This document shows positions 39,739-50,115 of a DNA stretch of 64,000 bases, piece after piece. Below the pieces are notes generated by a model. It was not told the origin of the DNA. It did not search any database and worked only from the letters and a program-made list of their open reading frames with translations. The translations under genes were made by a program, and so were the position numbers. This DNA is from Candidatus Moraniibacteriota bacterium (GTDB lineage: Bacteria > Patescibacteriota > Minisyncoccia > Moranbacterales > DUUL01), in assembly GCA_027008775.1 (NCBI GenBank), contig JALVDV010000001.1:73934-137933 (forward strand), in the 5' to 3' direction. Each line of letters begins with the position of its first letter. Position 1 is the stretch's first letter.

Positions 39739-41109
39739 ATGAAAGAGACTCTACACAATATCAACAAGAAGATAACTGAGAGAGCTGTTATTTATTTTAT
39801 AACAATGTCCGTTTTCATTATTTTAATTGGTAAAGCTTTCTTTGTAAAACCTGATTATTTCACTTTATATATTTACGGAGTTTTAGTAACACTCGTTCTT
39901 TTAATTAACTTTTACTACGCCATATTTAAATACGAGGACCCGGCCATAACAGCTAAAAAAATTATTCGCCAAAAACCAACTTCTCAGAAAAAACCACTGG
40001 TTAGTTGTATGGTAGCGGTTTATAATGAGGAGAAGATTATTGAAGACTGTATTCTTTCCTTGGCAAATCAGACATATCAAAACAAAGAAATTATTTTTGT
40101 TAATGATGGTAGCACGGATAAGACCGCCGAAATCCTTGATTATTATGCAAATAAAGGTCTCATTAAAGTCATTCACCAAAAAAACGCCGGCAAAAAAAGA
40201 GCTTTGGGACGAGCAATGAGAGAAGCCAAAGGAGAAATTTTCGCTTTCTCCGACAGTGATTCGGTTTGGGCACCGGACGCCATTGAAAAAATCGTTCCTA
40301 TCTTCATGGCATTTCCTGATATTGGAGGAGTAAGTGGTCATTTTCGCCTAAAAAATTCAGCAACCAACATTCTCACTCGCGCTCAGGATGCCTGGGCGGA
40401 AGGGCAGTTTTCTATTAGAAAAGCATTTGAGAGTTATTTTGGAGCAGTCACTTGCGTTTCCGGACCTTTGGCTGTTTTCCGTAAATCAGCCATTTACAAC
40501 TACATACCCGCCTGGGAACAAGATACTTTTTTAGGTCAAGAATTTAAATTTGCCACCGATCGAACATTGACCGGCTTTTTGCTTGGCAACAAATACATCG
40601 GCGAAAAATTAAAACAAAAATATCACAATGATGATTGTGTAAAAAAAATAGACTATCCCATCAAAGATTGGAAGGTTGTTTATTCAAAATCAGCCAAAGC
40701 TTGGACGGTCCTACCGGATAACTTTAAATCTTTGCTAAAACAACACATTCGCTGGAAAAAATCTTTTATACGCAATACTTTCTTCACCGGTTCTTTTTAT
40801 TGGCATAAGCCATTTTTGGCCGCTCTTGCTTATTATCTTCACGTAGTATTTGTTTTAGTGGGACCTTTTATTGCTTTCAGGCATATAATCTATCTACCAA
40901 TAAGAGGGGACATATGGGGGGCAATTTTGTATATTTTGGGAATTATTTTTATAGGATTTATGTTTGGCTTGGCGTATAAAATTGAAAACAAGGAAGACCA
41001 CATTTGGATTTACAGACCAATTATGAGTATCCTAAGTACTTTAATCCTTTCTTGGTTAATTTTCTACTCTGCTTTAACGATTAAAAAGATGGTATGGCAC
41101 AGAAACTGA
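39739..41109 (+). CDS. Hyaluronan/chitin-synthase-like processive GT2
   Basis: VNDGSTD, GKKRAL, DSDS, VTCVSGPLAVFR, TDRTLT, QHIRWKKS, C-terminal TMs. Confidence 0.88.
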   Translation: MKETLHNINKKITERAVIYFITMSVFIILIGKAFFVKPDYFTLYIYGVLVTLVLLINFYYAIFKYEDPAITAKKIIRQKPTSQKKPLVSCMVAVYNEEKIIEDCILSLANQTYQNKEIIFVNDGSTDKTAEILDYYANKGLIKVIHQKNAGKKRALGRAMREAKGEIFAFSDSDSVWAPDAIEKIVPIFMAFPDIGGVSGHFRLKNSATNILTRAQDAWAEGQFSIRKAFESYFGAVTCVSGPLAVFRKSAIYNYIPAWEQDTFLGQEFKFATDRTLTGFLLGNKYIGEKLKQKYHNDDCVKKIDYPIKDWKVVYSKSAKAWTVLPDNFKSLLKQHIRWKKSFIRNTFFTGSFYWHKPFLAALAYYLHVVFVLVGPFIAFRHIIYLPIRGDIWGAILYILGIIFIGFMFGLAYKIENKEDHIWIYRPIMSILSTLILSWLIFYSALTIKKMVWHRN

Positions 41110-42761
41110 CAAAAAAATTCAGACAAACATTTTTGGAATACCTTATTCTAACTACTATAGTGATAATTTTTATTGTTTTGTTTGACAAATATATATTATC
41201 AACCCTGCAACAAAATCAAAATGAAAAACACCAGCACATTAAGACAATTGGTAATGAAATCACAACAATAAAACATTCTCCTCTTAACTTTAGCCAAAGA
41301 GCCCACCACAATAAAAATGAGAAAAACCTTCAAAAAAAATACTATGCTAAACTGCAGAAAAACGGTGAAAAGTGGAGCTTAGTCGGTGCCCCTAAGACAT
41401 TTCATCTCAGCTTTTCCTCTGACAACAAATTACAAATAAAAGGATACGCTCCATTTATTGTTAAGATTAAAGATTTTACTCAAGAATATTATTCTATTGA
41501 TAAAACAGTTACATTGGATATCCCGAAAGATGCAAGTTCATTTATGGTTTACGAGCAAGAAGATGCATTACCAATCTTTGGTTATCATTATGTTGTCAGT
41601 GATAAAGACCAAATCAACAAACCCTCTTTAGAAATCCATCTGTCTGAATTTGACAAACAAATTAATTATCTAACCAACAAACTCGGCTGTCGATGGTTTA
41701 CTTTCGCTGATATCATGGAAAATTATGTCATAAAAAATAAAAAAATACCACAAAGAGCATGTGTTCTGAATTTTGATGATGGCAGAAAAGATAGTTATTT
41801 CTATATATTTCCAATACTAAAAAAATATAAAGCTGTAGGCACATTCTATATAATTACTCACTTGCTAGGTAAGCCAGCCTATATGACTTGGGAACAAGTT
41901 GATCAACTTTATTTAGATGGCAATGAGATAGGATCACACACACTTTTTGGTGGAAGTTTAGTACACCATCAACACTGGTTTGAGGAAAAATTAGGAAAAA
42001 AATTTACACACAACGAATTGGAAAAACAAATTATCGGTCCCAAAGAAGAATTAGAAAGTAGAGGATATTCTGTTAAAACATTCGCCTACCCACTAGGAGA
42101 GTGGAATCAAGAAATAGAAAACATAGTAAAGAAAAACTACATAGCTGCCAGAGATATTGAACGCCCTAGCAAAACTCTCTGCCCAAAAACTCCAACACTT
42201 TCTTTTGATGATTCTTTTATTTGGCATATGCACTACCATCACATTGAAAATGAAAATTTTACAACAATTAAACAAGGAATGGCCTATAATCATTGGTGGC
42301 AATTTGAGGATGGCTACAAAATTATATCGAGTAATCAAAACAGTGTTAGACAACTGAATAGTTTATACGATTTAACCAGTACAACTTATCATATTGTTGA
42401 TTTACGCGCCAAAAATGACCAGATTATAAACAAATTTATAATACCTAGAAAAGGTTCTTACCAAATTGAAATATTTGGTTCAACTGGAGAGCTGGGAAAA
42501 TCCAAATACTATTTCCTCAAGAATATCAAAATATTCATAGACAACAAACAAATGCGTATTTTCGCCGGAAATAGTAAACAATGCAAAAAAAATCACAACA
42601 CTTATTATTGCAGTTATTTTATAAAGAATGTAGAATTGGAACCGGGAGTTCATACTATCAGCGTAAAAAATATTGGCAAAAAGTTTCTTCGCTTGGACAA
42701 ATTTAGGATATTTAGGAAATTTAAAACAAAAAAAAGTTATGAAATTGAAATTATTAGCTAG
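41094..42761 (+). CDS. Polysaccharide deacetylase (CE4/NodB) with a C-terminal CBM-like domain
   Basis: LNFDDG, EIGSHT, FAYPLG. Confidence 0.88.
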   Translation: MAQKLTKKFRQTFLEYLILTTIVIIFIVLFDKYILSTLQQNQNEKHQHIKTIGNEITTIKHSPLNFSQRAHHNKNEKNLQKKYYAKLQKNGEKWSLVGAPKTFHLSFSSDNKLQIKGYAPFIVKIKDFTQEYYSIDKTVTLDIPKDASSFMVYEQEDALPIFGYHYVVSDKDQINKPSLEIHLSEFDKQINYLTNKLGCRWFTFADIMENYVIKNKKIPQRACVLNFDDGRKDSYFYIFPILKKYKAVGTFYIITHLLGKPAYMTWEQVDQLYLDGNEIGSHTLFGGSLVHHQHWFEEKLGKKFTHNELEKQIIGPKEELESRGYSVKTFAYPLGEWNQEIENIVKKNYIAARDIERPSKTLCPKTPTLSFDDSFIWHMHYHHIENENFTTIKQGMAYNHWWQFEDGYKIISSNQNSVRQLNSLYDLTSTTYHIVDLRAKNDQIINKFIIPRKGSYQIEIFGSTGELGKSKYYFLKNIKIFIDNKQMRIFAGNSKQCKKNHNTYYCSYFIKNVELEPGVHTISVKNIGKKFLRLDKFRIFRKFKTKKSYEIEIIS

Positions 42762-43674
42762 TTTAGTAATTATTTTCATCGCTCTAATGTTGACCAAAGA
42801 TAATCTGAAATCTTGTTTCAGAAGTAAATTTTCCAAACAAATAGGACAGGGAACAACAAAAATAACACTCCTCGAGAAACCCAAAAACAACGATCGGCAA
42901 CAAAACAATACTCACCAAAAAACAAAAGGAGCAGGAAGTTTTGTTGAGACTTTTTCAAAAGATTTTATTTTGGAGGAAACCGGCTCTATACTCGAAAGTC
43001 AAAATGACAATTGGTGGGTTAATTCGGGAGCTTTTCTGTATTCCGAGCATGGTATCGGTCGGACAATATTCGGCGCGTTGGATAAAAATAATAAATGGCG
43101 TCTTGATTATAAAAATTATAATGCTGATGAGACAGACAATGGATACCACCCTCAAAATATTTTTCGACTAATCACCAAAAGCAAATGGAAAAATTTCACT
43201 CAGTCAGCTTATTTTAGAATGAAAAAATATCATCTCAGTTCCAGCAAACATCGCTTTGAATCAAATGGAATTCTGTTGTTCAATCGATATCTGGACGGTA
43301 ATAACCTTTACTATACCGGACTGAGAGTAGATGGAGCAGCTGTTATCAAAAAAAAGTACAAAGGGAAATATTATTTAATGGGCTATAAAAAAATATTAAA
43401 GGGAAAATACGACAGACAAAAAAATCCCAATCTAATCCCGACAAATCAATGGATTGGTATTAAAAGCAAGGTAGCAACAATTTCCAATAATAAGACTGAA
43501 ATAAAATTAGCTATTGACATCAAAGGAAACGGAAATTGGCAAGAAATTTTAAGAGTTATTGATGACGGTAAAAAATTTGGCGGTCCAACTATTTCTCAGA
43601 ATGGCCATGCCGGCATCAGGACTGATTTTATGGATGTTCAGTTTGACAATTATAAAATAGAAGAAAGGAGGTGA
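42739..43674 (+). CDS. Secreted beta-sandwich (lectin/LamG-like) hypothetical protein
   Basis: Signal peptide; ends GHAGIRTDFMDVQFDNYKI. Confidence 0.65.
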   Translation: MKLKLLASLVIIFIALMLTKDNLKSCFRSKFSKQIGQGTTKITLLEKPKNNDRQQNNTHQKTKGAGSFVETFSKDFILEETGSILESQNDNWWVNSGAFLYSEHGIGRTIFGALDKNNKWRLDYKNYNADETDNGYHPQNIFRLITKSKWKNFTQSAYFRMKKYHLSSSKHRFESNGILLFNRYLDGNNLYYTGLRVDGAAVIKKKYKGKYYLMGYKKILKGKYDRQKNPNLIPTNQWIGIKSKVATISNNKTEIKLAIDIKGNGNWQEILRVIDDGKKFGGPTISQNGHAGIRTDFMDVQFDNYKIEERR

Positions 43675-43737
43675 AACAAGTATAATAAACAAGAGTTCTT
43701 TTGGGGTTTTTAAAAAAAATTTAAAGGAGGGAGAGCA

Positions 43738-43959
43738 GTGAAAGTTAACGTAGAAAGAAACGGTAGTCAACTGGTTAAAAAGATTTCAGACTGTGAGTTG
43801 GGAGATGTGGTTAATTATTCGGCAGAGAATTGCATTATTATCGAGAAACGTAAAAATATTACGCAATTGGTCTCTGCGGATTTCTCCAGAAAATTCGTAG
43901 TAGCTAACCACATCGCCTTGCCGGTCGCCCAAAAAGCCCAGATGACTATTCAATTCTAA
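43738..43959 (+). CDS. Small hypothetical protein
   Basis: GTG start after AAGGAGG, followed by a terminator. Confidence 0.6.
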   Translation: MKVNVERNGSQLVKKISDCELGDVVNYSAENCIIIEKRKNITQLVSADFSRKFVVANHIALPVAQKAQMTIQF

Positions 43960-43996
43960 TTAATCTAAATTTCAATCTAAGTTTCAATTTTAACTC

Positions 43997-44030
43997 AAAC
44001 ATGCTGATAAAATTTATCAGCATGTTTTTT
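43997..44030 (+). terminator. Intrinsic terminator
   Basis: AAACATGCTGATAAA-A-TTTATCAGCATGTTT plus a T-tract. Confidence 0.75.
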
Positions 44031-44463
44031 GTGTAAACTTATAATAGGATGAGCGATGAATAAAAAACTAAAGTTTCAATCCGGCATCTAATATGTCAGT
44101 CCGAATATTAATAAATTGGTAAAACTTAAGAAATCAGGAAAGTAAGATATGAAATGGTATGGTAGGGAAGCAGGGTAAAGATATAAAAAATCACAATAAA
44201 ATCAACTGCAAAAAGAATTATCGGTTTATTACTAATAAATTTATTTGATCAATCATTTATACAAATACAGACAACGGATTTAGACATCTATTCTTACCGG
44301 TGATTGAAACTTGATAATTCAGACAAAAGAGAGGAAAAGAGGGGAATGGTTAAGATTCAAACTTAAAAATCAAAATCGCAAAATATTACAAGATAAAAAT
44401 ATGGAAATAAAAATAAAAATAAAAATAAAAAATTAAAACAAAACTAAAATTGAAATAGATACA

Positions 44464-44491
44464 ACGTCGCACAATATATCTTTTGCGACAT
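44464..44491. other. dif-like (Xer) 11-6-11 site
   Basis: ACGTCGCACAA-TATATC-TTTTGCGACAT; arms are 9/11 symmetric and resemble E. coli dif GGTGCGCATAA-TGTATA-TTATGTTAAAT. Confidence 0.4.
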
Positions 44492-45204
44492 TATATATTG
44501 CCACTTGATAATTAGCAACAAATGCTAAAGCCTGAAACAACAAAACATAATGAACGAACTTGAAGAACAAAGCAAGATAAGCAATTCTCTCTGTTTATAG
44601 CCATAAATTAAACAATTAATTTGATTTCAAATTCAAAAAATTTACAAACTCTTGCTATTCATAATATTATATTTATTTTCATTCAGAATATCATCCATAA
44701 ATTCATTCTTATTTAGCTTTTCAGGTATTTTCCGGCCAAAAGGTACCCTTCCTAACGAAAGCAAATTTTTTTATTCAATTTACAAGATAAGCCCCGGTAC
44801 CTACCTACCTTTAACTTTTTTCAATTCGCTTCTAAAAAGCGAGAATTCATCAAACCTCCACCAAACAAGAGAAATTTAGCCAAATTTTGTCAAAAATTTC
44901 TAACACAAACAAAATTTTTAGCCGGTCCCACTTATTAACAATTTCAAACAATCTAATTTGTCATTCCAAATTTTCTGAAAAATTTTTTCAATTCAAGTGT
45001 CCTATTAATGAACATTTTGCCAAGTGACTTAAAAACAGAAGCATTCACAAAGACGATAAATAAAATAAAAAATCCGAGAAAACTTCTTAAAAAAATAAAA
45101 ACAAAAAAATTAGCAGTCAACTACCTCAACTGCTAATTTAAAAACGAATAGGGCGACAATTTCAAAAACAACCTAAAAAGCAAGACGAAGACAAATAAAA
45201 CAAA

Positions 45205-46521
45205 TTATTCGTAAACTATCATTTGATCTATTACCACCCCGCTTTTGTATATAGCGCTAATCAACTTTTTACTGGTGTCCAAAAATATATTGGGACCAAA
45301 CAAAGGATCATGCACAACATATTTACCTTTCTTGTCCTTGTGATGAATAACGACATAATGCCCTGCCCCGCTACGCGACCTGATGAAAACAATGACCGGG
45401 TGTTTCTTTTTAAGCTGAGAGTTAATCTTACTCCAACTGATATTTCCGTGACTACGACCATATTTCAAAGACAAATCACCCCATTTTGATGGCCAAACTA
45501 TCAAGTCTTGATAAAAAAGCGGCTTTTTGGCTAATTTACCAGGATTTATCTTTTCTCCCTCCTTAGTAAAGACCATTGCCAAGGAAGTTACCGCGCAACC
45601 ATAGTCTTTCATTAAAGTTCCGGAGAAACCAATCGTCTTCTTTCCCCAGCGAGGATCATCCTGCGCGTAATACCAGGAAGTGCTGGCCAGACCGCTTTTA
45701 GGTTTCTTAGCCTTTCTTTTAATTTCCGCCACCGTAGCCTTGACCGCGCTGGAAAACGAAGACATATTCATAATCAATTTTTTTTGAGCTTCAATTCTGG
45801 CCAACATAGCTTTATATTTGGCCTCATCCCCCGCCGTACGAGCCAAGAAATCATTCTTAATCCTCCGTTGTTCTTCCAAAACCTCTTTTTCCCTTTTGAG
45901 CTTTTTCTTTCCTTTTTCAATTTCCTCAATTTTCTCTTTTATCTTGGCCCGCTTTTCCAAAATCTCCCTTTTGTCGTCTTTCAAGCGTTTTAATTTTTCG
46001 TTAATTTTTTCAGATAGTTTATTTAGATAATTCGCCCTATCCATCCAAACCGTCAAATTGCTTTCGCTGTTTAAAAGATTAATTTCAAACTCCCGCCGAT
46101 TCTTTTCGTATAAAACTATATTGGATTTCAGTTGTTCTTTTAATTCTTGCATCTCCTTATTTTTCATTTCCAGTTCAGTCTCCAACCTCTTCAACTCATT
46201 CTGATTACGCTCAATCTCTGCCTCAATATTTCTTAAATTATTCTCTGCCCTACTGACACGCAAATTGTATAATTTGACTTGATTGGCCAAAATATTTTTT
46301 TGCTGAGTGGTTGTTTCAACCTTGGCGCTTAAAACACGTTTACACTTCTCTAGCTTTTCCAGGTCTTGGGTGTTTTCTTTGATAATACGTTTACATTTTT
46401 CTATTCTTTCTGAAGTGGGAATAATAGCTTGAACATAAGCAAAAGCAAGCGCCCAAAGAATAAAAGCGCTCAGCCACCTAATAACAAAAATACTCATTTT
46501 TCCTATTCCTCTCGTAGTCAT
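45205..46521 (-). CDS. Secreted coiled-coil protein with a C39-like peptidase domain (PcsB/CwlO-like architecture)
   Basis: Long coiled coil; YYAQDDPRW, GCAVTSLAM, GHYVVI, VHDP. Confidence 0.85.
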   Translation of the reverse strand: MTTRGIGKMSIFVIRWLSAFILWALAFAYVQAIIPTSERIEKCKRIIKENTQDLEKLEKCKRVLSAKVETTTQQKNILANQVKLYNLRVSRAENNLRNIEAEIERNQNELKRLETELEMKNKEMQELKEQLKSNIVLYEKNRREFEINLLNSESNLTVWMDRANYLNKLSEKINEKLKRLKDDKREILEKRAKIKEKIEEIEKGKKKLKREKEVLEEQRRIKNDFLARTAGDEAKYKAMLARIEAQKKLIMNMSSFSSAVKATVAEIKRKAKKPKSGLASTSWYYAQDDPRWGKKTIGFSGTLMKDYGCAVTSLAMVFTKEGEKINPGKLAKKPLFYQDLIVWPSKWGDLSLKYGRSHGNISWSKINSQLKKKHPVIVFIRSRSGAGHYVVIHHKDKKGKYVVHDPLFGPNIFLDTSKKLISAIYKSGVVIDQMIVYE

Positions 46522-46640
46522 AAAAAAATTTATCTCACCCCCAATTCTACCATTTATTAACAATTTTGTCTAAAGACAATTATATGTTATGATGGAAACC
46601 GCTTTGACGTTTTTTATAAAAAATAAAACAAAAAATAACT

Positions 46641-46994
46641 ATGAAGGATCTGCAAGAAATTTTTGATGAACTCCAAACTCTAAAAAAAGAAAACAAAGAA
46701 ATAAGAAAGGATTACAAAAATATCCTTCTTCAAGATGGAGAGTACGAAAAAATTACCGATAAAATCGCTGAGTTAAGAGAAAAGAAAAAGGAAAGAGAAA
46801 TTAGCGCTCAAAACGAATTGGGTTCCGCCTGGAACAAATTGGAAGAAAACAAACAGAAAATCAAAGATTTGGAACAAATCCTGACCGACGTCGCTATGAC
46901 CAATCTAATGGATGGCAAGACCGTTGAAGTTAGAGACGAATGGGACACTCTCTACGAACCGGTCTATAGAATCACTTTTAAAAAAGTGAAATAA
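46641..46994 (+). CDS. Hypothetical coiled-coil protein
   Basis: Clean ORF with an upstream TGnTATGAT promoter-like element. Confidence 0.75.
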   Translation: MKDLQEIFDELQTLKKENKEIRKDYKNILLQDGEYEKITDKIAELREKKKEREISAQNELGSAWNKLEENKQKIKDLEQILTDVAMTNLMDGKTVEVRDEWDTLYEPVYRITFKKVK

Positions 46995-47186
46995 AAAACT
47001 CCATTGCATTCAACATTTTTGTATATCTGAAGTAATGCCCGGAAAATTTTGCGAAATAAAAATTTAGCAAAATATCAGAAGAGAAAAACTTCACCCGATA
47101 AGCTCAGACTGCAAGTTAGCCGATCGAAGACATCGAGCATCCATTGTGGCCAGGAATTAACACATTATAACAATTGGAAGCCGACA

Positions 47187-48707
47187 TTATAATTCAGATA
47201 TTGCTTTTTCAATTCTTTTCAAACTTTCTTCTTTACCCAAGACCCAGGCCACCTCAAAGGGTGAAGGTGATTTTTTCTGTCCCGTTAAAACCCAGCGCAG
47301 AGGAAACAAATAATCACCTCTTTTTTCTCCAGCCAGCCCTAGCAATTGTTCTTGAATATATTCTTCTGTCCATCTTTCTCCTGGTATATCCTCCAAAACT
47401 TTCTTCACCTCAATTAACGCTTTTTTCGTATCCTCAGCAGTATTGTTTTTCCAATGAATATCTTTTAGAGAAAAATTTAGTTCTTCCGCCGTTTTAAAAA
47501 AGAACTGATTCTCAACACCAATCTCGGTAAACTTATTCAGTCTCTCCTGCTCCACCCGTAAAACTTTTTTAACATAATCTTTTATTTCCTCAACGCTTAA
47601 ATCAGTCCTTTTCAGAAATCTTTGATAAAAACCGTGCTTCCCTAAAAATCCAATACCTCTATTATATAAATCATCAATGGACATTCTTTTAATATGCTGA
47701 TTACTAATCCAATTCAAACGATCCAAATCAAACACTCCCCCGGCCTTATTCATTTTCTTGAGATCAAACTGCTCAACCAATTCTTCCATAGTAAAAATTT
47801 CCTGCTCTGTCTTGGGGTTCCAACCCAACAAAACAATAAAATTTATCAAGGCCTCCGCCGGATAACCTTGGTTTCTAAAATCTTCCACACTCACGCTTCC
47901 CTCCCTTTTGGAAAGTTTCTTTTTATCCTTATTCAAAATGTTAGCCATATGAACAAAATAGGGCATTTCTTTTTCCCAACCCAAAGCCCTATACAACAGA
48001 ACGTGCTTGGGCGTACTAGGTAGCCACTCCGCTCCTCTGATAACGTGAGAGATTTTCATTAAATAATCATCCACTACTGAAGCCAGATGGTAGGTGGGAA
48101 AACCATCCGACTTTAGGATAATTGGATCATCCAAGGTTTCGTTTTTAATTTTAACCTCACCAAAAACCGCATCCTGAAAAACTGTCTCTCCTTTCGGAAT
48201 TTTAAAACGCACAACATAGGACTCACCAGCTTCAACTTTCTTTTGCGCTTCTTCCGCTGACAAATTCAAACAGTGCCTGTCATATTTCGGAGCCTGTTTA
48301 TTTTTTTGCTGCTCCTGACGCAATTTTGCCAATCTTTCCGGAGAGCAGAAACAGCGATAAGCCTTGCCCTCTTCCAACAATTTCTCCGCATATTTCCTAT
48401 AAATATCCAGTCTTTTAGATTGAACATAAGGGCCGTATTCACCTTCTTCAACCAATTTTCCGGTCTCACCAATTTTCACCCCCTCGTCTATCTCCAGCCC
48501 GGCCCATTTTAAAGATTTTACAATCCGCTCCATTGAGCCCTCAACTAACCTTTTCTGATCCGTGTCTTCAATTCGCAAGATAAAATCGCCACCATTTTGC
48601 TTAGCCAATAGATAATCAAATAAAGCGGTCTTTAAGCCGCCAATATGCAACTCTCCCGTCGGCGACGGTGCAAATCTGGTTCTAATCCTTTTGTGATTTT
48701 TATTCAT
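47187..48707 (-). CDS. gltX: Glutamate--tRNA ligase
   Basis: RTRFAPSPTG.LHIGG, RIEDTD, SHVIRGAEW, KLSKR. Confidence 0.98.
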   Translation of the reverse strand: MNKNHKRIRTRFAPSPTGELHIGGLKTALFDYLLAKQNGGDFILRIEDTDQKRLVEGSMERIVKSLKWAGLEIDEGVKIGETGKLVEEGEYGPYVQSKRLDIYRKYAEKLLEEGKAYRCFCSPERLAKLRQEQQKNKQAPKYDRHCLNLSAEEAQKKVEAGESYVVRFKIPKGETVFQDAVFGEVKIKNETLDDPIILKSDGFPTYHLASVVDDYLMKISHVIRGAEWLPSTPKHVLLYRALGWEKEMPYFVHMANILNKDKKKLSKREGSVSVEDFRNQGYPAEALINFIVLLGWNPKTEQEIFTMEELVEQFDLKKMNKAGGVFDLDRLNWISNQHIKRMSIDDLYNRGIGFLGKHGFYQRFLKRTDLSVEEIKDYVKKVLRVEQERLNKFTEIGVENQFFFKTAEELNFSLKDIHWKNNTAEDTKKALIEVKKVLEDIPGERWTEEYIQEQLLGLAGEKRGDYLFPLRWVLTGQKKSPSPFEVAWVLGKEESLKRIEKAISEL

Positions 48708-48741
48708 AAAATCATTCTCTAATTATATCTTTAAAAATTTT

Positions 48742-49329
48742 TCAGAGTTTTAAAACATTAACACCCAGCTTCTTCAAACCCAAATACAATTTTGTCAAAG
48801 GCAATCCGATTATCGAGAAAAAATCCCCCTCCACCGCCTCAGTCAAAATCGCCCCTTTATTCAACAAACCAAAACCGCCGGCAAAAGTCAAAATATTCTT
48901 TTCACTGCTAACATAATCCGCTATTTCTTTTACAGTTAACTTTCGGAATTTAACCCAGCCAATCCCGTAATCACTAATCGCTTTTCCAGTCTTTGCATTA
49001 ATAAGCGCCAATCCAGAAACAAGACCAACTCGCTTCCCGGAAAATTTTGTCAAAACATTTATCGCTTCGTTCTCATCTTTGGGCTTACCGATTACTTCAT
49101 TCGCCAAGAAAACCATTGTGTCGCCGGCGACAACAATTCCTTCACTATAATGACTAGCCACCTCCTTAGCTTTTCCCATCGCTAAAAATTGAGCCAACTC
49201 TACCGGCTTTTTATCCAGAGTCATATCTTCCTGATAATCACTTTCCCTGACAATAAAATCAGTTAAACCAATCTGTTTTAACAATTGTTGACGACGCTCT
49301 GATTTTGAAGCCAAAATTATTTTTTTCAT
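48742..49329 (-). CDS. maf: Maf family nucleotide pyrophosphatase
   Basis: IILASKSERRQQLL, GDT, IGKPKD, IIGLP. Confidence 0.92.
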   Translation of the reverse strand: MKKIILASKSERRQQLLKQIGLTDFIVRESDYQEDMTLDKKPVELAQFLAMGKAKEVASHYSEGIVVAGDTMVFLANEVIGKPKDENEAINVLTKFSGKRVGLVSGLALINAKTGKAISDYGIGWVKFRKLTVKEIADYVSSEKNILTFAGGFGLLNKGAILTEAVEGDFFSIIGLPLTKLYLGLKKLGVNVLKL

Positions 49330-49952
49330 TTCTCTCCCGTCTTTTTAATATTTTCCACAATCTCCGGGAAATCATCCGTGATAAAATGCCCCTTGTCCTG
49401 GAAAACAAAAAACTTTGCTCCCGGCAAAAGTTTTTTATACTTCTCCATATCGGTAAAAGGAACAATCGGATCATCAAGTGAGTGATAAAAAAACAACCTC
49501 CCCGCCAATTTTCTTCCCACATTGTTCTTTAATTTTTCTGAATCTAAAACAAATCCATCCAAATAATCATGGTTGCCATTTTTATCTCCAAACGGGGGCG
49601 CAATTAAGTGCACCTGCCCTATTCCCACCGGAAACTCATTCTCGTTAAGATATTTTAACCAAAAAATTCCCCCTAAAGAGTGACCAATTAAAACAACATC
49701 ATCCGTCAGATAAGGAAAATATTTCTCTATCCAAATCTTCCACTCCAAGTATTTGGCATTCCTCGGACAAGGCATCCGAGATAAAATCACTTGATAGCCA
49801 TCTCCCAAATCTTCTTGTAAAAGATCCTTCCAACGTTTTTCTCTTTTTTGACTAGCGGAAAAATCCAATTCATAGCCCCTCAGATAATCCAAATATTCAT
49901 CGTAGGTTTTAAAAGTCTCTCCTCCGTGAACGACCAAAACTTGCTTTTTCAT
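49326..49952 (-). CDS. Alpha/beta hydrolase (RBBP9/YdeN family)
   Basis: VVHGG, GHSLGG, HSLDDPIVP, GHF; start at MKKQVL (the ORF-track extension overlaps the tRNA). Confidence 0.9.
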   Translation of the reverse strand: MKKQVLVVHGGETFKTYDEYLDYLRGYELDFSASQKREKRWKDLLQEDLGDGYQVILSRMPCPRNAKYLEWKIWIEKYFPYLTDDVVLIGHSLGGIFWLKYLNENEFPVGIGQVHLIAPPFGDKNGNHDYLDGFVLDSEKLKNNVGRKLAGRLFFYHSLDDPIVPFTDMEKYKKLLPGAKFFVFQDKGHFITDDFPEIVENIKKTGEK

Positions 49953-50015
49953 AACAATCTTACTTACTACAAAATCCAAATAGCATAACTCGAACGTATC
50001 CTTCGGAAATTTACG

Positions 50016-50089
50016 TGGACAATACAGGATTTGAACCTGTGACCTCTCGCACGTCAAGCGAGCGCTCTAACCAACTGAGCTAATTGTCC
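50016..50089 (-). tRNA. tRNA-Val(GAC)
   Basis: GGACAAT acceptor stem, D-arm AGCTCAGTTGGTTAGAGC, anticodon arm CTCGC-TTGACGT-GCGAG, T-arm GGTTCAAATCC; no encoded CCA. Confidence 0.97.
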
Positions 50090-50115
50090 ATACAACATTA
50101 ATCTTACCTATAGCT

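Noticed and set aside
49953-50057. N-terminal extension of the alpha/beta hydrolase
   Set aside because: It overlaps tRNA-Val; the family-like sequence starts at MKKQVL.
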